Origin: Podarcis erhardii
Taxonomy: Eukaryota
DNA: 64,000 bases
NCBI GenBank assembly: GCA_964252035.1
Contig: OZ176201.1
Reading direction: 5' to 3' (one strand)
Positions 1 to 12,482 of the stretch are shown here, in pieces. The position numbers and the translations under genes are program-made. Below the pieces are notes generated by a model. That model was not told the origin of the DNA. It was given only the letters and a program-made list of their open reading frames with translations, and did not search any database. How positions within the stretch are numbered: position 1 is the first letter of the stretch; each line of letters starts with the position of its first letter.

Positions 1-264
1 AAATATGTTTACATTTACGCAGAGGCAGGTTAAACTGAAATCAATGGATCTCTTCCAGCAAAAACAGGAGCATGTTGTTAAAAGCAAAGCCATCTCACCA
101 CGAAGGAGAGGCTTTCTAAAGGTGGGAAACCTGGTCTGTAGAAAAAAAGGCAGTTACCAGTGCGACAGTGTGTATATGTGTGTGAGAGTGCATGCTTGGA
201 CGCTGCAGAAGCACCACTAGTTGTGCCAGTGCAACCCTTGGGATCCTTGGAAATGATACATTTA

Positions 265-492
265 CAGTGGTACCTCTGGTTACAAACTTAATTCATTCCG
301 GAGGTCTATTCCTAACCGTAAACCGTTCTTGACCTGAGGTACCACTTTAGCTAATGGGGCCCCCTGCTGCCGCTGTGCTGCTAGCACGCAATTTCTGTTC
401 TCTCCTCCTGGGGCAAAGTTCTTAACCCAAGGTACTACTTCTGGGTTAGCAGAGTCTGTAACCCAAGGTGTTTGTAACCCAAGGTACCACTG
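265..492. mobile_element. Tc1/mariner-superfamily (Tigger/pogo-like) MITE, family A
   Basis: TIR CAGTGGTACCT...AGGTACCACTG with TA on both flanks (263-264, 493-494). Confidence 0.85.
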
Positions 493-1654
493 TATTAACT
501 CATTCTTTGTCTAGAGGGTGATGCTCTCTTCACTAATATATGTAACTGAATTGCGTGCCAAAGGCATAGGGAAGAACCAGCCCTCCCTACTTTTGTGTTC
601 ATTTTGTCTAGTTAGACCAGTGCAAAGAACTGCTTTTAGTGGTAATTTTTCCCCCCAGAATTGTGAGCTGCAGTAAAAACATTTTTTTTAAAACCCACCC
701 CTTTCTTCAACCCCTTTGCACTGTTTTAACTAGCCAAAGCTGTTTGGAGGATGAGCCAGTGTGTGTGGCGGCTTCAGGATTAAGCAGTTTGGTACCATCC
801 AGGTTCCCTTCCCGCCCAGTAGTGAAACTTACAGGTAGCCTTGGACAAATCACTCTCTTTTAGCCTAACCTACTTAAGGGAGTTGTTGCAAGCACAGAAT
901 GCACGGAAGCAGCAGTGGTTAAAAACAGGTTAACAAGAGACAACATGACAGCAGAATCCATCTCTGTGTATATAAATCCTACAGAGAATGTATTATGCTT
1001 TTTACAGGCCCCATGACCGCCACCTGCTAACATACTGACTGATGAACAGGGAACAGGTGCACAGGCAACAGAAAGGTAGGAGAGACATTTTTATATATGT
1101 AAAATAACTGTATACATTAATTTCTGGAGTTCTTGGTTATAAGGGCAGTTTTTCTGGTTTATTTTTGGAATCATTATCAATTTCACAACCACTATAAAGA
1201 GAGTCCCCCCCCCCTTTCTTAAGGAAGAGGAGCATGGCAGCAATGCTGCAGAACCTAGAATTGCAAAGCAAAACATGTCCTCAATGTAGCCAAATGCCAG
1301 TCTTGGTTTGGGCTCATATTAAGCCCACTGTGTGAATGGAAAACTGTTTGGCTTTAGCATTCTGCCTGTTAATGAAGACTGGGTTCTGCTAGACCAGTTT
1401 GGGTGATTTTATTTATCAAAATCAGTATACTACTGAACTGTAAATAAAACCCCGAAGCAGCTGACAATGAACAGAAAAGATCCATTAAAATCTGATGATT
1501 CCAGGTTTATATAGACCAGAAGCCTGATCATTATGCTGAGAAAATTAGTCTGGGGTTGATCCTGTTAAGACTGATGAGAGGCTAATACAATTTAAAAGCA
1601 CTCCTAATATTATCTTCCTGTTACTGCAAGAATTATTTGCATTCTTTGAATTTA

Positions 1655-1900
1655 CAGTCGTACCTTAGAAGTTGAACGGAATCCGTTCCGGAAGTCTGTT
1701 CGACTTTCAAAGTGTTTGAAAACCAAATCGCAGCTTCTGATTAGTTGCAGGAAGTTCCTGCAGCCAATCAGAACCTGTGGAAGCCCCATTGGACGTTCCA
1801 AAAGAACATTCACAAACTGGAACACTCACTTCCGGGTTTGCGCCATTTGGGAGCCAAAACGTCTTGAGTTCCAGGGCTTTCAGGATCCAAGGTACGGCTG
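1655..1900. mobile_element. Tc1/mariner MITE, family B
   Basis: TIR CAGTCGTACCTT / AAGGTACGGCTG (11/12 match) with TA flanks. Confidence 0.8.
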
Positions 1901-2617
1901 TACTTTATGGGAGACACCTGCAAACCTCAAATAGGTTCTTATAGATAGAAATGGTTCTCTCAGCCACTGAAAAAAATTGACATATTAGGTTTATTTGTAG
2001 CACTGGAACCTTTTTACTTGCCCCTATCCTTGTGCCTTTAAAAGCAACCTGACACATAGATTTTTAGCAGCTTGCTAGTGTGGAGCTGTATGGCAAGAAA
2101 CGCTTTACCTGCTCAGTTTAGGTCAACCTTAATTTTCAACCAGGCAAATCACTGTCAGTTGTTAGCTTAAGCCCTTTCTTGGAAGCACATTCCACTGAAA
2201 CAAAGGGAACTTACTTCTGAGTAAATGTGTTTAGGATTGCAGTATAAATCTGAAAGAATTTAATTGTGCATTTAGCCACTATATGGCTACCACTAGAGAA
2301 AGAGGGATTCTCAGGCAAGTTGTTTATTCAAATTATGTTCCATTGCACGATAGATGTACAGTACTGAACAAGGACAAATGCAAATGATTTTCCAGACCCT
2401 TAATTTGCTGTTTATGGCAGTCAGGGGTGAAATGTCTGATCCCACAGAAAATAAAAAGAAACACTGCCATTTGGCAGTGGGTAGCTGATGGCACTTTAAG
2501 GCAGGTGAAATGGATGGACTGTACAAGGTTGGATTGCTTTTGTAAGCAGTTGCTGCCACTGCTGGGCTTTGTTGTCCCACCAGAAGAAGGGGAGAATGAT
2601 GAGACTTAGTAAAGCAC

Positions 2618-2823
2618 CAGGGCCAGCCCAATACATTTTGGCACCTGAGGCGAACCACAAAGTGGTCTTCCCACCTCCTTACTAGGGAAGGCAGCGTGGG
2701 GAGTGAAGACTGACACCAGGAACAAAAGGCTGAAATAAAGATCTGCATCAGGATCTGCTGCCCCTGTTGATCTTGCCGCCCAAGGTGGTTGCCTCACCTT
2801 GCCTCATGGGTGGGCCGGCCCTG
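2618..2823. mobile_element. hAT-type MITE
   Basis: TIR CAGGGCCAGCCC / GGGCCGGCCCTG; 8-bp TSD TAAAGCAC / TAAAGCGC (7/8). Confidence 0.7.
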
Positions 2824-3149
2824 TAAAGCGCACATGATTGTCCTCTATGAGTACCAGATCATGACAACCCTGCAGCATCACAACCTTTTCTCTGCCTGTA
2901 GGTCATACTCTGCATATTTAGGAAGAGCAATGGAAGAGGACAGAGGGCCTCACCTTAGGTGTACACGCTCAGTATGATTTTAGGGATCACCAAAGTAAGC
3001 AACAGCAAATATCTGGCACATTATACAGTCTTGTGTATTGCTAAGAGACTGCTGAATTCTCTCTATAAGAAACCTTCTTTCAAGTCTATCTGCTTATCCC
3101 ATATGCTCTTCAGCTTGTGCACTTGCTTTTCCTCTACAGTGTAATAAAA

Positions 3150-3757
3150 ATCATTTTGGATATTATTTTATTCTTTTTTTAATGCCAATACAGTTGTAAA
3201 AAAAATATCCAAATGGCTATTTTCTACAGAAAATAGTTGAGGGGTCAGTGAGTGAAGTACATTATAATTGCAAATATTCTCATTTCTAGTTGACCATTGG
3301 GACACATTTTCTCAGTAATGCACTAATGGCTACATCTTGTGCTTTGCAAAATGAAAAGAAAATAGGGGAGGATTAAATATGTATTTTTAAAGGTTAAAAG
3401 ATTCATTAAAAAAAACCCAACGCAATCTCAGGAATATTCTGAGATACATAAAACAGAAGAAAATAAACAATGTCTTTAAGCCACAAAATGTACTACATCC
3501 TGCAATACTAGGTTCAATTAATTTAATAAAATAGAATATACATATAGACTCTGAACAATGTATTGCTTTTACCCAAGCAGAACTTATGCTTAAGTAAGCG
3601 TGATATAGCTTAACCACTCTTAAAACCAGCTAGCTCTTTAAACTTTCTTTGGATTTTTTTTTAAAAGAAATCAGTGCCATTTTAGAATGGAAAGGCTTAA
3701 TTTATTACACGAGGGAGAAAAGAAACATTTGGCACCAACAACAGAAAACAAACTAAC
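3150..3757 (-). other. CACNA1G: CACNA1G 3'UTR (3' end approximate)
   Basis: AT-rich sequence following the stop codon. Contains blocks resembling the recalled human UTR (TATGTATATTCTATTTTATTAAATTAATTGAA; TTGCAAAGCACAAG) and ends near an AATAAA. Confidence 0.65.
3167..3172 (-). promoter_or_regulatory. Polyadenylation signal AATAAA, candidate for CACNA1G
   Basis: tttatt on the + strand approx. 590 nt after the stop codon, followed on the minus strand by a U-rich stretch. Confidence 0.6.
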
Positions 3758-4621
3758 TCAAGGGTCCGCATCTGTTTGATCAAAGGAAAAGCTAGGAAGA
3801 GTCAACAAGTCTTTCTTTGGGGTTGGAGTTAGTGACATACTGTCTGGAAGGGCCGAGTCCCCTGCGTCCACCGAATCCTTGGAATCCCAGGACGGGGCGC
3901 GTCTTCGCAAGCAAACGTCTGCACTGGCAGGCAGTGTGGCGCTGCGTGGCCCCCTCAGTAACAAACTCTGTTCATCAGGTGGGTCTATTGATATACACGG
4001 GGGACTCAGTTTTTTCTTCTGCCGCGTCCCTTGCAAGCCTTCCATTTCACTTAAGACCTGACTTATGAAGCCAGAAGAACTAGATGTGGAATGATGCTGA
4101 GGGCTGTTTTCCATGGAACAAATCTCTATGGAATGTCTCCTTTGATCATCTAACCAGGATGATGGTTTTTTAAGAAGACCCTGTGTATCTACACTGTAGC
4201 ACTTCTTCAGGTCCTTCAAAGTGACATTGCCACTGTTGCCTACGTTTCTCTTAGGGGTCTCGGGCTGAACCACTGAAGAGGCACTCATGGCTGAACAAGT
4301 TCCTGAAGTAAAAGAGCTATTTATTTCTGATACTTCTTGGTCCATCGGGTCTCCAGGCAGTTCTTGAAGGGAGTCTGTACAGGCACACAAATCCGGCACA
4401 TGCATGGAAATGTTATACTGATTGCGGGAATGTTGCTGAGTATGAACGCTCGATCGCCCCCAGCCGGCTGAGTCTCTTGCTTCTGAGGGCGTCAGAGTGA
4501 CAGACAGATCCTCAGTGGATGGAGCTGACAAATTTGGATCACAGAGCTCACTCACCTCGGCATGGATGTTCTCTCGGCTTTCTGAGCTATGGGTATCTGA
4601 GGAATCATTCCTTATTGCCAT
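3758..4621 (-). CDS. CACNA1G: CACNA1G terminal exon 38 coding part (287 aa plus TGA): MAIRNDS...DLKKCYSV...SWLDDQRRHSI...KKKLSPPCISIDPP...CLRRRAPS...DQTDADP*
   Basis: Acceptor cttccgtacag|ATG at 4621, within ORF 3758..4660. The C-terminal end resembles human DPADLDP*. Confidence 0.95.
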   Translation of the reverse strand: MAIRNDSSDTHSSESRENIHAEVSELCDPNLSAPSTEDLSVTLTPSEARDSAGWGRSSVHTQQHSRNQYNISMHVPDLCACTDSLQELPGDPMDQEVSEINSSFTSGTCSAMSASSVVQPETPKRNVGNSGNVTLKDLKKCYSVDTQGLLKKPSSWLDDQRRHSIEICSMENSPQHHSTSSSSGFISQVLSEMEGLQGTRQKKKLSPPCISIDPPDEQSLLLRGPRSATLPASADVCLRRRAPSWDSKDSVDAGDSALPDSMSLTPTPKKDLLTLPSFSFDQTDADP

Positions 4622-7323
4622 CTGTACGGAAGTGCCAAGGAATTGGAGGGGAACAAACATAGAGGGAACAGGTCAGTATAGGCAATGCATAAGCAGTAAG
4701 AGATACTCCAAAGGTGACAATGGAAAACTCCAGTTTTGAATGCAATACAACCTTTAGAACCCAAATAAATTGCAGCCACCTGGTTAAATGTACTCTGGCA
4801 GCATCAGTGCTTATCTCCCAATTTCTCTCACACCGCCACCACTGGTCACATTATCATCTAGGCCAATGAAGTCCAGATTATACAGCTACCTCTCCAACTT
4901 ATGATATTATGCACTACTACATTCTTATTACCTACAGGTGCAAATTGTGCCGTTGTGAAACTGTCAGTCTGGGAAGGATAGCAGTGCAACATGCTGGGAA
5001 CAAATATAGCTGTCTATAATTGAGCAGTAACCAAATATGACCCATCATTACAAATTAAAGGCAATGGATGATTTCAGTGTTTCTTTCCTAACTCAGATGG
5101 TGTAATGAGCAGGTATGAAAAACCACTTTTTTTCAATAGCACTTGGGGAGTCATTGATTTTATGAGCTTGTTCCTGGGTTGAAATTATACTCATTCACTT
5201 CTCTCTTTTCTTGCATCCTTTACAACTGTGAAAGAACTGGCTTTAGATCAGCCTCCATGGGCCCTTTGGATCAGAGCCAATTTCTTCTGGAGAAACACTG
5301 GGAAAACTAAATAGATCCTGAGATTTTATCCTTGAGAGTGCTGTTAGGCACCCAGGAACTTATGCATCATTGACTTCCAATAAGATATACAGTCCAGTAC
5401 TCAATACACGCTGCCTTAATAAGGCTCTCTACTGCACCAGTTCCTGCTCTGTACTTAACTGTTTTTTCAAGCAACGTAACCAGACCTAGGAAAGGCCTTC
5501 TATGGCAAACTGTTCTACAGGCTTATATTGTGACACCTGAGACCAGGAGGGGACTTTACAAAAGCTACATTTAAAAACAAACAAACTGGTGTGTGTGTTG
5601 TTGTTTTTTAACCACACTTACAATAAGATAAGTGTGGCTCAGACAGACAAAGCAGTGTCACTTTTTTATTTCAACTGGGTTTGTTGTGTGTGCGTGTGTG
5701 TTTTATATTAAGTATGAAAGCAAGATTTGGGTGTACCAATACAAAGACAAGTGCCTTATTTCCTTAGATGAAATCAATGCTTAAATTATCAATACATCTC
5801 CAGTAGGGAATGGGAAATGGAGATGTGCCTTTTAGGACTGCAGGTAGTTTGCAGGGTGGGCAAAGATATTTGGAGCTAAGTAGGAGATAGGGCTGGGTGA
5901 TACCTGGTTTTCAACATCATGATATATCACACGCTAACCATTGTGATATACTGGTATATCATGATGTCAAGGTCCTGGGCTCTGGAGGGAGGGAGTGGGC
6001 AGGAGGATCAATCTCCTAGCTGGGCTGCCTGCCCTGGCGCACCCAGCAATTACTCTGGCATGTCCTTTCCAGTGAGGGACAGAGTGGGCAGGTGTAGTGA
6101 TACCCCCTTCCTGGTGATAGCCCCTCACAGTGGCTGGGCAGGAAGGCTCTGTTTTCAAGCTCCCTTTGGCAATATATTGCCATTCTGAAACTGTTATCTC
6201 AATCTGAACTTCCAATCGGTTTCAGACAATTTATTTATATACTGCCCACCCCTAGTAGGAGGAGCTTGTTTGTGCTCCTGGTGGTGAATTTTCAGCGTTA
6301 CGAGTGGTGGACTTTACTGTGAAATTTGTAACTGAGTTTCCAATGTATGCCCGGTGATGCCATCACACATAGGAATATTAAGTCATTCCCCCATACTGGA
6401 TGTATTAATTCATTAATTGGGCATCTTATTTTACTATTAATTGCAAAGCAGTACACAGATGTATAGGCCCAACACAATATTCCTACTTAAACCTCAATAT
6501 TCTCAACAGCTGTCATGGAAGAAAATTGAAATATTACAGGTTCTGATCTCATGTAAAGATGTAGGCAAGATCTATAGCAACCATGGAATAGTGTTGAGGG
6601 AAACGATTGAATGTACAGTTTTGAATTTTAATTTGCAGAGCATTTGATAATACAAGTGATTATTGATTTTGGTTATACTGTCAGGCATCTTTGGCTGTGA
6701 CAGTAATTATAATTCTTTTTTTTTTTTTTTTAAAAAAAGGTCTGAGTTCACTCCCAGAAAACCAACTGCTAGGTTGATCCTAAACATTTTATTAGCAGTA
6801 GAATGGGATTGTTTTACACCTTTGTTTTAGAGTCCACCTGACCCACGAACCAATGAATCGAAGTAGAATTCTTCTGAAGAAAAGCACTCTTTATAATGCA
6901 CTGGCAGGGAGCATGTTCCTGAACAGAGAACAGAGCTTTGTTCTTTTAATGCACTTGATGGACTAATCTTCACCAGGGAATTAGTCATAGTCACTAGCTG
7001 CCAGGCCTTCCGGGATCTATGGTTTTAGCTACAGCAGGGGATTTGGTCCATTCTACAGCACTGAAAAAGGTGAGGGAAGTTGAATGACAGGAGAGTCAGT
7101 GACTAAGGAATGTGTATGGGCCAGGGATGTGGTGAACAAGATTTATCTAAACACAGGTTAAGGAGGGGACATAAGTGAGGAAAGGAGGGAGAGAGAGGGA
7201 GGAAGAGAGAGAGAGAAGGAGAGATAAAATCAAATAAAAATGCATGCGATGTACATATTGAACAAAGCAGTTGGCAGATGTATGTACAAATATCCTGTTA
7301 CAACTTCTTTCAGACTACTAGTA

Positions 7324-7783
7324 CAGGGGTCTGCAACCTTTAAGACAAAAAGAGCCACTTGGACCCGTTTCCGAAGGAAAAAAAACAACTGGGAGCCGCA
7401 AAACTCGTCATTATAAAAATAACTTTTTTGTCACTTTTTAATTATTTATTTGTTTGACCCCTCAGAATTACTCCTCCTCATAGAAATAAACGTTAAAATA
7501 ACAAGTTACCTTTTTTGTGTGTGTGTGTGTGTTCTTCACTCCCCTTTCCATGCAGTGACCAGCGTACATGCCCCTTACAATGTAGCGGGCGGGCGGGAAG
7601 GTGACGTTGGGACGATGCGTGACTAACGCATGCACTGCCCCCATGCGACGTCACAGCCAGTACAGCGCCCGCCACAGTGGGGAGTGTCGGGGCGCACAAT
7701 GCGCCTCCTCTCCTCGCTAGTATCCGTGGCAAAGGTGTAAAAGAGCCACATGCGGCTCCGGAGCCGCGGGTTGCAGACCCCTG
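7324..7783. mobile_element. Non-autonomous hAT DNA transposon (460 bp), CpG-rich
   Basis: 15-bp perfect TIR CAGGGGTCTGCAACC and perfect 8-bp TSD TACTAGTA (7316-7323, 7784-7791). Confidence 0.88.
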
Positions 7784-7960
7784 TACTAGTATAATAAGAT
7801 GGGGGAAAAATACTATCAAAATGACTAGAGAAATAGACTATTAATCTTGATGAGGAAGAGAAAATAGTCAAAGACCCATTACTTGGATAAACTAACATTA
7901 AAAAAGAAAGAAAAGAAAACAACCCCTGTATTTTAAAAGTATTTGTGGGTATGTGGCACT

Positions 7961-8081
7961 AAAGGTAGGTAAAAAGGTAAAGGACCCTTGGACGATGAAG
8001 TCCAGTCACAGGCAACTATAGGGTGCGGCGCTCATCTTGCTTCAGGCTGAGGGAGCCAGCGTTTGCCCACAGACAGCTTTC
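7961..8081 (-). mobile_element. Sauria SINE, 3' fragment
   Basis: AAAGGTAAAGGACCC...GCGGCGCTCATCT...GAGGGAGCCAGCGTTTG is the reverse complement of the recalled Sauria SINE 3' end with its ACCTTT tail. Confidence 0.75.
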
Positions 8082-10599
8082 AGGATGGGGGGAGACCTCA
8101 GGCCCAGGGGCATGCATCATGATGAGCATGCTGCTAATCACTCTCATTATTTTAATCCCTTTCCCTTTCATGGGTGGCAATGGCAGCCATTGTTAGAAGG
8201 GGACCATGAGAGGTGGCCAAGAGGTAGCCTCATTTGAGCTACTTGGGAAATATTACTCACAAGCTACAGCGTGGGCAAGGCTGGCAATTTTTAATTTTCT
8301 CTTTTAATTTTCTCTTTTGCCCCAGTGGGCTCATAGTCTCCTTACTCTCATTTAGTAGATGAAAAGACATAACAGACTAAATAAATTGATACCAGAAACA
8401 CACACCCCTCACATAGTCTCTGATGGTATCCTAACAACAAATACACCATCCTATCTAAAGTGTAGTACAGAAGTTTTTGTATCTTCATTAAAAACCCTTA
8501 AGAATGTTCTAGGACATGTGCCAACCTCTAGCCATTGGATGCCCTTTTTCAGTTCTTAATGTGAAACCAGTATCAGTGGCAAGAAGGGGAAAAAAATCTG
8601 GACTAGAAAGGCCATAGTGAAGATTACATTGGGGAAGTGGTGGTGTTATTATACGGACAATCACAATTCGAATCTATCCACTCAATGCAGTCAAATGTCT
8701 TCTGTGATTTATCTCTTACTGAAGGACTAAGCCCATGACAATGACTCAAAAGCACCAAGGACCAGGTTTCATCCTAGTTGTGCCCAAGGAATTGAACTAG
8801 CCATTTGGTCAGGAATTATGCTGTCCTCAAGCTAGAATATTCTGAGACAGTGAAGTAGTGGCAGTTCTTTGTCTGGTACTTCGTTAAATACATACTTAGC
8901 ACTGGGCAAACTGATAATCATTGCCATAAAGCAACATTTTTAGGAAGAGTACAACTCCAAAATCTAAAATAATATCAATTCCTTTATGAGTGTCTTCTGT
9001 ATAGTGACTCTGAACTAAATGGCTGTCTAGAGTACTTCCAGTTAATGTTTCAGCACAGAGAAAGATGATGGAAGAGTTTGAGGAAAAAGAGGTATTGTAT
9101 TGGGTCTAGGTATCTTGCTTCAACATTATGCCTTTCCTTGGGTAGACTGTGGCACTTCTGGACAGTCAGGAATTTCCCAGACTCACTTTGCAAATTAGGA
9201 ATCAGAATGGACTTTGCATGAATACTGAGTGGCTTCACATTTTGGGTGTGATTAATTAGTGCCCTCCTGGGCAATCCACCAAAATGAAATAAAAAGTATT
9301 CTACCTGCAAATAATAAGTATTCTACTTGCAGCATCTGCACATTTCAAATTCTGTCACTAAATGCTTCTTGAAAATGCTAGCCTAATTCCTTATGTCCAA
9401 TTATAATCTGGCGTTGAAAAATGCTTAGTCCTCAGCAACTAGTTTTAACGGCTAAGAATGAAAAGAAGACAGCTAAAATGATCACTTATCACTGCAGCAC
9501 TGATTCAAAAGGATTGGACTGATATTCCTTCAACGTCAAGGAGCATATTCATAGGCTGGAACCATGAAATCAATTAGATTCTTTGTTAGTGTACATTAGG
9601 CTGGCAGGCTAGCTCAGCATCGACCTAATACGCTTTAAGAATTTAGCCTGTCAGTTTAATACTCCAGATTAATGTAAACTGCTCACCTTGGAGCTTCATA
9701 TTCATGTGGAGGGGCTCAAGAAATTAGCCACATTATTTTGTCATTGAAAAGGAATGTAATGGCCTGAATAAACGGGGTTATTAAGTAATCACTCGCATGA
9801 TATGCTATTTCAGGGAAATGAAAAATAGCCTTTTGCACTTTGTATTACATAATATCAATCTAGCACTGAATCATTCAAGCTCTTAAAAATACGGAAAAAA
9901 CTGTATCATCCAAAAGAGTTCCACTGCCAAGCTGTCAGCCCTGATAAATAAAATGTTTGGGGCAATGGAATCAAATCATTCATGTTATTTAAATAATAGG
10001 GAGTAAGTACAGAGGAAACATCCAGTTTTCTAAATGGAGTTGTAATGTGATGCAGACCTATAGGGGCCTCGTTGTAACTCAGGTGGCTGAGCTGCTGACC
10101 TTCAGGAGGCTCATGCGACTTGATCACATGGTCAACTGACTGAGCAAAGTCAGGAAAGGTTAGGAAGCAAGATGATAACAGATATAAAAGAGCAAATTCT
10201 TGTTGACGAGGCTAATATATGTCCTTTGTGCCACCTCCTCAAAATATAAGGTCTGTGCTCACTTTAGAAAGCCAGTTGTCTGGATTGCACATACCATGCC
10301 AGGAACACCACCTGCACTGATTTACTAGAGACTCAACAAATGCTGAAATGTGCTGCCCATGAAGCACAGTGAAGAATGGAAGTGGTGTCACAGCCCATAT
10401 AGCTCCTTAAGTTGGAATGATCTTGACATGCTCACAGAATCTACCACCGGAATCAGAATCTCCTCACAGGTTCTTTCCTTTTCAAAACAATTTTGTGGCT
10501 AGTTATAATTTCCAAGGCCCTGCTCTGCAGCCTTTCACTTATTGGTAGTACACATAGATATAAGACTTGTTGCATGATAACATCAGCAGCTCAGCTTAC

Positions 10600-10769
10600 C
10601 TGTCTGCGAAGTAACCGTTCTGCAGAAGGAGAATGCACAGGTGGAGGGGCTTTGGATTTGCTTTCCCAGTCAGGATTGTATTGGGGCTTGAGGTGGTAGA
10701 AGAGCTCTCTTGGGATTTGTAGGAGAGCATCAATGTTTGCAGGCTGAGATTGCACTGACGTCGTTGAGC
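10600..10769 (-). CDS. CACNA1G: CACNA1G exon 37 (170 bp): (G)STTSVQSQPANIDALLQIPRELFYHLKPQYNPDWESKSKAPPPVHSPSAERLLRRQ
   Basis: Acceptor ctcctcctcag|GC, donor CAG|gtaagc, phase 1 to 0. SVxSQPA and LRRQ are conserved. Confidence 0.92.
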
Positions 10770-12272
10770 CTGAGGAGGAGAGGATGGGAAACTGAGAACA
10801 TTGGTAACTCAAACTGAGTTAAATAAAATTCTGTACATCATAGATGAGGATAACTTAGCCTCCCATAATTGCTGGACTCCCAATTTCTATAAAATCGCTT
10901 CTGAGTTGGTTATGGAGCAATCCACCAATGTCATATTGTGTGTATTCCATATGCATTTTTCTCCAAGCTGCCTCCTTGTTCTTGGGTGGTGAATTATAAC
11001 CTCTGTGAGGAGCCTCAACCCTCTCCATCAAAGCCCAAAGCATTTATGTGATTTAAAACAAAACCAAGAAGCTATTCATTTAATCTGGACCATCTCCCCC
11101 AGAAGGAATCTCATTTGTCCTGGAATATTTCCCAGAATATCTGTTCTATTATTCAGGGTTATTCAAATAAACCTTCTTCTAAGTTTACTGACAACACAAA
11201 AGTTATTTTCTAACTTGAAATGTTACGTTACTCATATTCCTTATTGGTGATGTATGGCTTTTACAAACCTCACAGCACTTTAGAGAATTGCATATATTTA
11301 ACAGATGCCACTCCACTGAGTTCTGAAAGGCAACTATTTCTCGGTGCTAAGTTATTCTGAGGAACAGAAGTAATATCTCAAAAGAGAAAGTGAGGAACAG
11401 TTATGATGATTCACATATGGAAACTGGTGATTTATTTTCTGCACCTCATATATCCAATGTACGAGATTGTGTAGAACAATGTAAACACCATTTTGAGGTG
11501 GATCCACAATAAGCCTCCCCAAAATGGGATATCTGTTTTATGATCTCAGTCACTTAAAAGAAGGGTTGTGCATAAATGGCTTCTCAAAATTCTCCACTCT
11601 ATTTATAGCAAGATATTTCTTTTTAATGGGCTCTCGCTGAATTTCTGCAGTGGAAAGATAAATTATTATTCAGTGGCAGAAGCACCGACTCTTTCTCCCC
11701 CTCCCCAAAGTGTTTTTGCTGTGTTGGCAGCCTGGCCACCATTTGGATTCTCCACAATGCACAATGCAATTCACCCCCTGATGTGGGAGGAGAGGAAGAT
11801 GGAGAAAGAGAAGGGGTACCTGCACACTGATGACATGTGCCCCCTGCCCTACCAGATTACCCCTGAAGGAATGAGGACCGTGAAAGAAAAAAGCTGCTCC
11901 ATTCTTAGCGTAGTTCAAAGAGGACCATGATCTGATCTAGAGAGGCTGCACATATGTTCTTAGGCAAGAATGCTTGTGGGAAGCCAACAGCACTCTCCCC
12001 ACTTGGGATTCTCAGCCACCGGTACTGAGATTCATAGTGCCTCCGACAGTGGAAGTAGAGTATGCCTTCACTTTGTATTTTTGAACTTTGGGCATCATAC
12101 ACCTTAAACATTTAAAGTATGGTGATGGGCAATGGGGACTGTAGCCCTCCATATGTTGCTGGCCTTTAACATCACCCCTGACCATTGCACATGCTGGCTG
12201 GGGCTGGTGAGATTTGTGGTGAGAATTGTGTGGGTGGTGCCAGGTTTCTTACTCCAGCTGTAAAAACCATTA

Positions 12273-12482
12273 CAGTGGTACCTCGGGTTAAGTACTTAAT
12301 TCATTCCGGAGGTTGGTTCTTAACCTGAAGACCACTTTAGCTAATGGGGCCTTCTGCTGCCGCCGTGCCACCGGAGCATGATTTCTGTTCTCATCCTGAA
12401 GCAAAGTTCTTAACCCGAGGTACTATTTCTGGGTTAGCGGAGTCTGTAACCTGAAGTGTATGTAACCTGAAGCGTATCACTG
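12273..12482. mobile_element. Tc1/mariner MITE, family A
   Basis: TA|CAGTGGTACCTCGGGTTA start, degenerate right TIR (cgtatcactg|TA). Same internal sequence as the 265-492 copy. Confidence 0.85.

Noticed and set aside
1-3100. Start of the downstream neighbour gene (ABCC3 in mammals)
   Set aside because: No CpG island, start exon or ABC-transporter peptide is visible.
5888-6186. hAT-like element with a TAGGGCTGGGTGATA start
   Set aside because: The right terminus matches poorly and there is no TSD, so it is too decayed to call.
7560-7783. CpG island as the promoter of a neighbouring gene
   Set aside because: It lies fully inside a hAT element with TIRs and TSD, and there is no downstream first exon.
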